Made by a program: the position numbers and the translations under genes. Below, piece after piece: positions 22,755 through 34,400 of a stretch of DNA of 64,000 bases; the stretch's first letter is position 1; each line of letters begins with the position of its first letter. Origin of the DNA: Mobula hypostoma (Eukaryota); assembly GCF_963921235.1 (NCBI RefSeq), contig NC_086108.1, positions 40,860,001-40,924,000 on the forward strand, written 5' to 3'. The notes beneath the pieces are model-generated. The model did no database searches and was not told where the DNA came from. It worked only from the letters and a program-made list of their open reading frames with translations.

Positions 22755-23609
22755 AAGTGAAGGAAGAGTGAGTAAGGGATTTGAAAGTTGGAGGGGGAGG
22801 GGGAGATCCAAAATGATAGGAGAAGACAGGAGGGAGAGGGATAGAGCCAAGAGCTGGACAGGTGATAGGCAAAAGGGGATACGAGAGGATCATGGGACAG
22901 GAGGTCCGGGAAGAAAGACAAGGGGGGGGGACGCAGAGGATGGGCAAGGGGTATATTCAGAGGGACAGAGGGAGAAAAAGGAGAGTGAGAGAAAGAATGT
23001 GTGCATAAAAATAAGTAACAGATGGGGTACGAGGGGGAGGTGGGGCCTTAGCGGAAGTTAGAGAAGTCAACTAAGCAACTTAGCTTTGTTTGTATGAAAC
23101 AAGCCAAATTAAACAAATCATTGTCTTACTCTGCATTCTTAAGTGGGAATAAAGCATCTGTAGTGAGGTAGTATCTGCTTCTCACAGAATGTCTACTATA
23201 TACAGAGCTTGTTTGCAATGCTGTGTTTTTAACTTCAAGCTGATTAGTGCTTTCCATTTTCATTTTAAGAACTGAATACTGACTTCCTTCTATAACTAGA
23301 AGTTAAACAACTGCTATTGGAAGTTTACTTACAAATGTTTGATCTTACAAGTGGCAGCTATTGTGCTTAGAAAGGGAGCTTGGCGAATATGATTCAGAAA
23401 GGGAATATCCATCGGAATGGTGTAGTCTCAATATTCAGTAGACCGTGCTGCTCAGTTAATATCTTTCTGAGTAGGATACCCAGGGATCTGGTCAAATATG
23501 GAGAATTGCCATGTGCATCCAAACATGACCTACAAAGCCCTGAAAAGGACAGAAAGAACTTTGGGGCTGCTCTTTCTTAGAATATATTTAAAAGCTATTT
23601 TCCTCTGCA

Positions 23610-24130
23610 CACAAGAACATAAGAAAGTAGGAGCAGGAGTAGACCAGTTGACCCCTTAAACCTGTCCCATTTCCAGTATGACTGTGGTTGATCTATGCAG
23701 ATATCAAGTCCTTTTCCATGCTTGTTTCTCACCATCCTCTATCCCTTTGAAAGATTTATCCATTTCCTTTGTAAGTGTATTTAATGATATGGCCACGACC
23801 AAATCTGGGGGCTGAGAGTTCCAGAGATTCACTACTGTAGGAGAGAAGAACCTTCTCTTCATCTTAGTTTTAAATGAGCGGCCCCTTATATTGTAGTTAT
23901 GTTCGCTTGTTTGTGACTCTTCCACTAGTGGAAATATTTCAACATCTACAGGGTCAAGCTCCTTTAGATTCTTACATACTTGAATAAGGTTATCTACTAT
24001 TTTTCTAAACTCTAAGTTACGCAGATCCAATTTGTCCAGCCATTCTTGAAAAACAGCTCTCTCAAACTATGGGATTAACATAATGAATTTCTTTTTACCT
24101 CCAGTGCTGCAATACCTTTTGCTAGATAAA
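23610..24130 (-). mobile_element. Old CR1 LINE 3' fragment
   Basis: LEFRKIVDNLIQVCKNLK...RRFFSPTVVNLWNS; tail aagaacataagaaagtaggagcaggag. Confidence 0.75.
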
Positions 24131-24892
24131 GAGGCCCAGCATGTTTTCTCCACTATCAGTTTCTCCCTTCTCTTTCTGTTCTTCTGCTTTAGATATTAAG
24201 GCCCTGTTATGGATTTAGTCTGTGGCAAGCTCACCTGTATTGGCAGCTCTTTAGAATGACCACAATTAGAATCAATACTTTGGCCACGTGGTGGGTAACT
24301 ATAGTCCTGTCTCAGTCTGCATGCATCGGCCTTCATGATTTCCTGTTTGCACCACCCAAGGCCAGTTGCAGTATTCGTATCTGCCACAGTGACCAGGCAG
24401 CCCTTAGCTTAGCATACATCAGGAATCACACCTATCTTTGTCGTGCATAATTTGACCATTTTCCATTTAAACTCACTGAGTCTTTGCTAAATCTTGGTTT
24501 CAGAACCACCTCCTATACGTAATTCATAACCTGAGCTAGTCCGTTCCATAAATAGCCCTTTAAAAAAAAAACGCTGAACGCTGGATTCATCCAAGCAGGT
24601 ATTATGGGCCTCAACATTAATGTTCCAAAGCAAATAAATAATTTGACTGCTGTGTGTTTAATAATGATTTATGCTGCTTTAACTACAAATTGCCTGAATT
24701 GTTCCTTAAAACCCAAAGATTGCTGGCAATGAAATAACAGTTACTAAGGCCTAATGGAAGCAATGCAATTAATAGAATGCAGCGCTGCTGTGAGGTCAGT
24801 AGGGAGCTAACTTGTGCTCACGTTTCCATGTGGGAATAGCTAATCTCATTTCGGTACTTCTTCACATGGAAGAGGGAAGGTGGGAAGGAAAA

Positions 24893-25225
24893 CAATCAGA
24901 ATTAGAATCAAATCAGAATCAGATTTAATATCACCAGCGTATGTCATGAAATCAATTAAGTTTACAGCAGCAATACAATGAAATACCTGATGAATAAATA
25001 TAGAAAAAAACTGAGTTACATTAAGTATGATAATGGATTTCAATACTTAAGTTTAAGTAAGTAATGCAAAATAACAGAAATCAAAAAGTAGTGAGGTAGT
25101 GTTCGTGGGTTCAAAATCGGGTGGCAGAGGGGAAGAAGCTGTTCCTGGATCACTGAGTGTCTGCCCTCAGGCTTCTGTACCTCCTTCCTGATGGTAGCAG
25201 TGAGAAGGGTGTCCTTAATGATGAA
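24893..25225 (-). mobile_element. Rex1/Babar-type LINE 3' end
   Basis: IIKD...LLPSGRRY-like sequence (ctgctaccatcaggaaggaggtacagaagcctg); 3' end ggtgatattaaatctgattctgatt with a (TCTGAT)n-like tail. Confidence 0.7.
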
Positions 25226-26978
25226 GTCAAAGTCATTGTGGGGCGCATTGGCATGTGTCACAGTCACTATGTACAATGAACAGTGACTGGCCATCTTCTA
25301 CCTTCTTGCCCAGCAGATTATGTTGAGGTTAAGAAAAGCTGAGAGGGGTGGGGTAACATTTTAAATTTCAGCAAAGTAAATGAGAAAATGATTACTTGCC
25401 CAATATTCATTACCAATATAATTCAATAGAGTTCAAACAACAAGCTAATTAAGAGCCAGCACTGAGAGCCAAGTAAATTCTCTGATGAATGTTTATTAAA
25501 TGTGTCATTATCTGAATTAATAAATATTGCAGCCTGATTCACAGACCAAACAGGAAGGAGTGGAATGCAAAAATAAACCGTTGTTCAAAGGAAACTTCAG
25601 GACAGGAGCCCAAATGCCTCCATTTTATTTAAGATTATAACTTGCTGTGAATATGCAATTAGGCTTTTGGTTCTATTATTAGCACTTATAGTCAGTCAGT
25701 ATTTCCATTAAAATACTTCCTGCTGTGTAAAGAACATACTGAGAACACAACTTAATCAGCCAATCAGTACTCATCTCAGCAGAGGCATCCCCAAAAATTA
25801 ATCAGACCACCAGCCTGTGGGTTTGATTCTGTATAACATTACTGATATCTGAACTGCTTGAAATTCAAGTACAGCGTGCTCCATTGAAGGAAGGTTTGAG
25901 CTTTTCCTGTTCGCTTTTGTTATACTTCTGCTTGCTTATGTTTCCCTCTGGCCAGTAACATCAATACTGAAGTACACTCATTTCATTGAGACTCACTTTT
26001 TCATTGACAAAATATAAAGATACTTTGTCTGGAATGTTGTTGCGACTTCCTTCTGGAACAATAGAAATCTAAATATAAAAGAGGGCAGTATTTGCATAAT
26101 TTTGTACTCCATTTTCCCAGGCAACCCCTACTTTCTTCCCACTACAGTTGGATCCCCACCACTTGTCTGAACAGGTAACACTGACCGCTGCTGCCCAGGA
26201 GTGAAAAGTCAAAATCGACCTCCAGCCCTATTTCTTTTGTAAGTCATCAAGTTAACATTTTTTGCTGATCTCCATTTTAGACAATATGAACATGAGTCAG
26301 TCAAGGAAGTGGTCTGTGCAGATCTCTAGGGACAGTAAAAAAATAAATGGAAAATATAACAGTGGGAAATGTTGATTATTCCTTTTCTGTGTTTTACCCC
26401 ATTAACATGTGTGTTGTACTGGAAGATTTATTCCCTGGCACTGCATCGTTGTTCTTCAAATATTTTATCGCACCTTGCAGTTTATTATAAGATATCTTGA
26501 TATACATGAAAAATGGTGAAAATAATTCCAATGTCCCCAATCCATCCTTCTTAAAATGTTTGGATTTATTCACCCATTCATTTCAGTCAAGTCCAACCCA
26601 GTTTGTTTTTTTTAAAGTATACCAATGACATGACCTAACACTCTGTTAAACTTAACAAATGCACAGCAGCAAGTGATGTTTGCTTGGGGCAATAACAAAG
26701 GGATCCCTGTACTCCCTGTGCCAGCTCCCCAGCCTGAATTATGAGAGGGTTCCTATCCTCCTCACATAGGCAAACAGAAGATTTAACCTTAATGCTGGGG
26801 TTTCTGTGTGTGGAATTACTACATCGAAGCATTTAAGGGCTCCTGGAGGTGATCCTGGTGTCAAATGGAGAAAACAAATCAACATTTAAGCCAGCACAAC
26901 AAAAGAAAATCTGGGGTGGTGATAGACAACTTCTGCCTCATTCTTACCAACTTCACACTCATCTCAGGTAGCTTAATT

Positions 26979-27297
26979 CAGTGGTCCCCAACCTCCGGGC
27001 CGCGGACCGATACATTGCAGTGAGGAATGCAGCGGTGCTGCGGTGGCCGGAACGCACCCAGCACATCTTTAAGAAAAAGCTGAAATAAACAAGCTAATCA
27101 ATTAGGTGTCGCCCGGCACATAAATGTCAGCCCAGATTAGAGCCACGACATTTACGTGCTGGGCGGCACCTAATTAATTAGCTTGTTTATTTTGGCTTTT
27201 TTCTTAAAGATGTGCTGGGTGCGTTCTGGCCACCGCTGCACCGCTGCATTCTTCACGGCAATGTATCGGTCCGCGGCCCGGAGGTTGGGGACCACTG
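26979..27297. mobile_element. Palindromic non-autonomous hAT (Charlie-like) MITE
   Basis: Termini cagtggtccccaacc...ggttggggaccactg, inverted arms of about 150 bp around an 18-nt loop, and a perfect 8-bp TSD GCTTAATT (26971-26978 and 27298-27305). Confidence 0.93.
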
Positions 27298-30200
27298 GCT
27301 TAATTCATTCATATGAATGAGATCCTCACTTGTCGGCAGATGAATTTACAACACTATTGCACATAGTATAATATCCAGAATAACAGATGGGAGTCATGTA
27401 TTAAAAGAACAGCCCAGCAGCTAAAGAAAACTGCAATCATGCAATTCAAACTTTCTCAATCAGGTTCAATAGCCTTTTGCTCGAGTTCCAGGTATCAGTG
27501 CGGTATATACAATGCAGTGCAACCCAAAATCTAGTCAACACATTACAACTTATGACCAAGCAACGTAAGCAAATATTTTTAGAAACACAGACTTCAGTTT
27601 CAAGCACGTCTTTGATTTCCATTTAACTTTAATGTTTTGTTGGCAGCGCAGCAAAGAAACATTCCATAGCTCAACCAATTAAAATTTACTGCTCATTCCC
27701 TGGTTCAACTTTACAGTTAGCTTGCAGATGTACAACAGGATTACTTCTGAACAAGACTTATCATCTCAAGCCCTCGATATAAAAGAATAGTCTGCAAGAA
27801 CCTCTATTTAATGACACTTTGGAATCCCAGTCACAGCCAGGTTCAAGTGTAATTTTCTGATTTCTCTCTTACTAACTTTGCATAGCGACATTCTTCACTT
27901 GTAATACATTTATACCCAGCTAACATTTTAGCAAATCTTTTATCTCCAGAGAGAATTCCTTGTGATTTTCTCTGGATGGAAAGAAATTCCTTGAACTGCG
28001 ACAGACTCTGAAATGATCAGAGAGACCTGCCGGAACAAGGAAGACAGAGGGCCAGTTGACGTGTCGTACAAAAGCTGAGGGTGTACCAGTGAAGACAGAG
28101 AAGCTGCGAGGAGAGCCCCAGGCATTGCACCTCCTCAGTGTTCTCGTACACAATTAAGTTCCATCCAGCCTATTCATTTTTCACTTTAAAGGCTGTTCTC
28201 TGTTGTTGCATGGAAGGTGTGCCCATGGCCATCTTGTAACACTGGAGTCACATTCCTAGCTGAGAAACTAGTCTCGCTGCAGCCCATTAAGAAATCTGTG
28301 ACTCGAAGCTTGCATAGTGCTGCTTGCTCTTCCACCACAGCTGAAAAACGATTTGAAGATTATAGCTGCTTCCTGCGTGGAGATACTGTTTCCCCCCTAA
28401 CGACCATTTCCCATCGATACCCACAGAGGCCTACCTTCTTAACCACTGTTTTAACGGTTTCTCACCACTTCCGCCTCTTGCACTCTCTGCAGATACTGCT
28501 GTGTTTGTTTTGGTGGCTGCTCATAATGATGTCCAGGTGAAGCTGCCGAAGGAGATAATATCTCAGAGGACTAGTCGGGAGAAAACTATTTTGATTCTGG
28601 CAAGTGTCATCTAAAGCAGTAACGGAAGCATTAAATAAAAAGGCAGAGCAATTCATTTTAACCAGAGGGGCAAGTAGAGTTCCAATTTATTTTTTCATGG
28701 ATGTTGGAGCACATTTACTTATAGCCTTAAGAATTTTTGCTTCTTATGAAGGCATGTTTTACCAGTTCTATCATAGTCATAAATTTGTAAAGCTCAGAAA
28801 CAGGTCCTTTGGCCCCTCACATCCGTGCAACCTTTTTAGTCCATTTCCTTTGCTGCATAAAGACCATATTCTACGCCTTACCTTTGTCACGCAGTCTATC
28901 AGATATAACAGTTTCATTCCAAAGTAAAGTGGTTTGAAATTCAGAGCACTGATATTTCAGTCTCACTTTGCTCTGGAAGTGAAGGTTGGATAGGCCTTGG
29001 CTCAGCAACTGGTTGAAGAAATTGAATAGTAGCAGAACGTAGTGAAAAAGGAGAAGCAAACACTTGCTTTGACTTCTTTACTATCCGGCCCCTGTAACCA
29101 CCCCCATTCCTTTGTCAAACTGCTAATTGCCCTCTCCTTCAACTCATGAAATGTGCTCCTTGAAGCAAATCACACTACCTGCGATGTGTGCACTCCAGAT
29201 GTTCCTCCCAGCTGCAGGAGCAAAACATTGGGCTGAAAGTAAGGATCTCAAGGTGGATCAACAAGAAAAAATAGAGATGTTCCAAAGAAGGCAGCATTCC
29301 ACAGCATCTTTTGCACACAGATCTGATGCACAGAATACATACAGTAAATATAAAAAGATGAACATTATCCACGATATACTTATTTATAAGTTTCTGTTTG
29401 TAAAAAATTTTAATCCACAGCCACTTAAGGCTGTCAAATAATATTATTATGTTAATAATATGGCAGAATATACTATTAAATATTTTGGAAATATTTTTAT
29501 GGTCTTAGAGGCAAATTAACGGTAAAGATAACAATTTCTAAATTTACGAGTGTCCTACTTTTCCATGTTTGTAAATGTGAATGCATTAGTGATGAATGTC
29601 ATATGATTTGCGGTTCAATTTGTTTTTTTTTGTTATTATAAAATATATTTGATTTGGCAATTGCTCAAATTTGGTTACACAGAATGTATGAAAATGCAAA
29701 TAACACACTGAACTGTGAATGTAGTTTTCAGAAATGGTAAAAATACTTCTATAGATTTTGTTTTAATCTTATTCATCAACATTTCAACGCATTTATAATT
29801 CATAATGGGGCTTTGTTATGCTGATTTTTTTAAAAATCAGGAACACATTGCACATCTTGTGAGTAATCTGGCATTAGTTTTCTCCTTGTCAACTCATACT
29901 GATTTAGTGACTTCTGTACAGTAATAAGATTGTGAACATAACTTTTAAAAAGAGGTCCATTTTCACCACAAAAGGCCCGTTCAGAAACCCTATCAAGGTT
30001 AAATTTCTTCTGTTTTTAAACGTATTGCTTTGTTTGAACAGTGAATGCTGATGAGTCTGTTGGTGGGAACTGACATGGAGGAGTTAATCAGGCCTGACAG
30101 GATGAGTGAGATGAATTAGTATGCTCCGGTGGTCATGTCATTTCAACATTGTACAATAATTCAGTTCCTTTTGCTTGGTTTGGTTCAGTGACTCTGAGGT

Positions 30201-31424
30201 TGCTCCCCAATGTCGTCATTGACATTCTCCCTTAAAACACAAATATTTCATGCACAAGAACTCAGATAGGTCAGTGAAAGAAAAACATTTGAGAGAAGTT
30301 GTAGCTTTTCCTAGCAAAAGTGCTTGCAAGAAGACTGTTAACAAAATGTAATTGCTGAAAAATTAACTCGGGCCTCTTTGAACCAATCTTCCTGCTGTGG
30401 AGAACAGAATTGGCTGTTCAGTTCTGTATCAAAGTCATAAAGTCAAGCTGGTCATAAGTCATTGCAGTATAAACAGAGGCCATTTGGCTCTTCGAGTCCA
30501 TGCTAGCTTACAGCTGAGCAACCTAACCCATTTCTTTCCTCCACTCTTTTCCACAGCTCTCTAACTTACTCTCCCTCCAATTCTCTTATGAAAGCACTGT
30601 TTCTATCGATTCATCAGGAATGGGTTCCAGTTCATCCCTGCCTCTAAGTGATCACTTCATCGTACCCACTTTCCAGTCATATATATATTTTCTGCTCCTT
30701 ACTTCCAATCTCTATCCCTTGAACATTGATCCCACTGCTATTGGGAACAGTTACTGGACATCCTAACTTATCATGTCCATAAAAGTATCCACTTTGGACA
30801 CTTTTTAAACTGAATGTTCAAGAGTTGGAAGTGACTCAGTACTGGACTATTAACCAAACTACAAACTTGATTAGGGAATGGATGCACAATGATCACACCT
30901 CTTCACGTTCGTGACTTTGAGGTCACGAAGACCTGTGCATCAGATATTTTGTTACTGGCATTTTAAAGACACAGTGCCTCAAAAGTTAGTAATGAGCAGT
31001 TTTGCAAGTATTGCAAATGAGGTATATCTGTTGGCTCTATACTGTAGGAGGTTAGGGGAGATCTAGGTTCAATAATAATGAAATGCAGTTCGGTAAAATC
31101 AAGTGACAAGCATTATCTCTAAGCTTGCAATTCCCTATCTTGATACCTCTGACTGTCACAAGTGGTAACCAGGGACTTCATGCCAACTCAGTGAGACTAA
31201 GTGCAGTAATCCCGTTTTACAGGGAATTCCATGACCTTAACTGCCTGGAAAGGAAAAGAGGCAAAGGCATCTTTCAAACATACATACACCTTGCAGTACC
31301 TACTCCTTGCTGTGCTAAAACTTAAATGAAGCCTTGAACATCATTTCTCCACTATCAAGGCAATTTCTATCCTTTCTTCACATCAAGTGGTACCCAGTGT
31401 TCTGGTGTAGCAAACAAGATTAAG

Positions 31425-34400
31425 GCCATAAAACTATAAGATATAGGAGCAGGATTAGGCCATTTGGTCCATCGAGTCTGCTCTGCTATTTCATCAAGGC
31501 TGATCCAATCAAGATTCTAACAACCTCTGCCTTTTATATAGCCAATGATTTGGCTTCCACAACCACCTGTGGCAAATAATTTCCAGATTCATCACTTTCT
31601 GGCTAAAGAAATTCCTCCTCATCTCTGTTCTAAATGGATGCCCCTTATTATAATGCTGTATCCTCTAATCTTTGACCCTCCCCCCATCACAGAAAACATC
31701 CTCTCCCCATCCACTCTATTGAGGCCTTTCAACATTCGATAGGTTTCAATGAGATCTCCCCTCATTCTTCTGAACTCCAGTGTGTACAGGCCCAGAGCCA
31801 CCAAATGCTCCTCATGTGATAAGCATTTCAATCCTGTAATCATTCTCGTCAACCTCCTCAACCTTCTTCAATGTTAGCACATTCTTTCTTAGATAAGGGA
31901 CCCAAAACTGCTCACAATACTCAAAGTGATGCCTCAACGGTACATCCTTGCTTTCACATTCCAGACCCCTCGAAATGAATGTCAACACTGAATTTGCTTT
32001 CCTCACCACTGACTCAACCTGCAATTGAATCATTAGGGAATCCTGCACGAGGACTCTAAAGTCCCTTTACACCTCACATTTTTGAATTTTCTCTCCATTT
32101 AAAAAATAATCTATGCTTTTATTTCTTCTACCAAAGTACATGACCATAAACTTCCCAACACTGTATTGCATCTGCCACTTCTTTGTCATTCTCCTAAACT
32201 GTCTAGTCTCCTAATCTGTAGCCTCTCTACTTCGTCAAAACAATTTGCCCCTCCACCTATCTTCATATTGTCTGTAAACTTTGCAACAATCCCATCATCC
32301 AAATCATTGACATATAACGGAAAAAGAATCGGTCCCAAGACCCCTGTGGAACATCACTAGTCACCAGCAGCCAACCAAAATGAGGCTCCCTTTATTCCCA
32401 CTCTTTGCCTCCAGTCAATCAGCTGTTCTTCTATCCAGGCTCATATCTTTCTTGTAATACCATGGACTCTTAACTTTGTAAGCAGTCTTGTGTATTGACC
32501 CTTGACAAAGGCCTTCTGAAAATCCAAGTACACAACATCTGCTGATTCTCTTTTGTCTATCCTTATTGTTAATTCTTCAAAGAATTCTAACAGATTTGTC
32601 AGGCAAGATTTTCCCTTAAGGAAACCATACTGATTGTGGCCCATTTTATCATATGCCTCCTAGTACCATGAAACCACATCCTTATCAATCATCTCCAACA
32701 TCTGCCCAGCCACTGAGGTCAGACTAATAATTTTTTTTCTTCTGCCTCTCTCTTTTCTTGAAGAGTAGGATGGCATTTGCAATTTTCCAGTCCTCTGGAA
32801 CCATTCCAGAATCCAGTGATTCTTGAAAGATCATTATTAATGCCCCACAATCTCTTCAGCCACCTCTTTCAGAACACTGGGCTGTACACCATCTGGTCCA
32901 GTTGACTTATCTACCTTCAGACATTTCAGTTTCCCAAGAACCTTCTCTAGTTATGGTAACCACACACTTCAAGCCCCCTGACAGCTGGAACTTCCGCCAA
33001 ACTGCTAGTGTCTTCCACAGTGAAGGTTAATGCAAAATACTTATTCAGTTTATCTGCCATTTCCTTGTCCCCCATTACCACCTCTCCTGCATAATTTTCC
33101 AGTGGTCCAATATCTACTCTTGCATCTCTTTTACACTTCATATATCTGAAGAAACTTTTTGTGTCCTCTTTAATATTATTAGTTGGATTACCTTCATATC
33201 CAATCTTATCCTTCTTTATGACTTTCATAGTTGTTTTCTGTTTTCATAAGCTTCCCAGTCCTCAAACATCCCACTAGCTTTTGCTCTATTATATGGCCTC
33301 TCTTTTGCTTTTATGTTGGCTTTGACATCTCTTGTCAGCCACGGGTGCATCATTCTGCCTTTAGGATACGTCTTCTTCTTTGGGATGCATCTCTTCTGCG
33401 CTTTCTGAATGGCTCCCAGAAATTCCAGCCATTGCCGCTCTGCTGTTCTTCCTCCTAATGTTCCCTTCCATTCAATTTTGGCCGGTTCCTCTCTCATGCC
33501 TCTGTAATTCCCTTTACTCCACTGTAATACTGATACATCTGATTTTAGCTTCCCCTTCGCAAATTGCAGAGTTTCTATAATATTTTGATCAACAAACTCT
33601 TCTCAGGCTTCCAGCTGGGTACAGGTATCAATTTTAAACGATGTTTCAGTGACATAATCTACCATCTTCATCAGGGAGGATGCCTGGGCATGTCTAGTCC
33701 AGTGGTATTTATACCCCTGTCGCCCATCCCTCCTGATTGGTTAGTCCTTATTCCATCAGGTTTCTGCTGTCCCACCTTGTTTACAATTGATTTCCTCCTG
33801 AGATACTGGGACAAGGACATGTGCTTACGTTCAGCGGTGGATTCTCCGGCGGCAAAATCTATTCTACAATGAGCTAGCTAAGCGTTGATTAAGGAGCTCA
33901 TCCATTACATTAGATTCTCTCTTGACATCAACATGAGCAGGCAACTGCCTCGACACCTGGAATTGTCAGCCCTCTTGCCTCCTAGTGATTGGGAGTACAT
34001 CGACATGTCCACCGCAGCTCAGGGTGATGTAGTTTAATGAATGGAACACTACGAAGCAGGTCAGGAAATACAACAAACTGTCCCAACATAATGCAGCCGT
34101 CCCACCATTGGACTCAGAAAGGACTGTCATTAGTCAAATTGAGCAAAACATCAATGGTCAACTAGATTGGTCTTCGCTAAGAGGCTTAACTTCGCTCCAG
34201 TCCCCAGAGCTACACCCTATCAGGACTCCATTGGTAGAGTAGAGCAAGCAATCCGAAAACTCCCACCGGATACAGCGGAGGAGGTAATGATGGAGGTCTG
34301 TATGACCCTTAAAAGGGCTGCTTTGCCGAAACCAAACACTACAACAGGAGAGAGACTGGCCCTCCAGGCATAACAGCGAAACCCAGCCATCATGATTTTA

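Larger units (their letters stand above)
18895..23068 (-). mobile_element. Young near-intact Neptune-type Penelope-like retroelement with direct pseudo-LTRs
   Basis: Direct repeats at 18895-19341 and 22621-23068 (about 10 differences by eye), TSD AACTAA at 18890-18895 and 23069-23074, and a single RT-GIY-YIG ORF. Confidence 0.97.

Noticed and set aside
22372..23061. 229-aa plus-strand ORF, and the 139-aa ORF at 18915-19334
   Set aside because: Antisense reading of the purine-rich pLTR; no recognisable domain, and the N-terminal frame differs between the two pLTR copies.
28462..28610. Possible terminal exon DDTCQNQNS...CRECKRRKW* after an AG acceptor
   Set aside because: No homology I can recognise; such short ORFs arise by chance.
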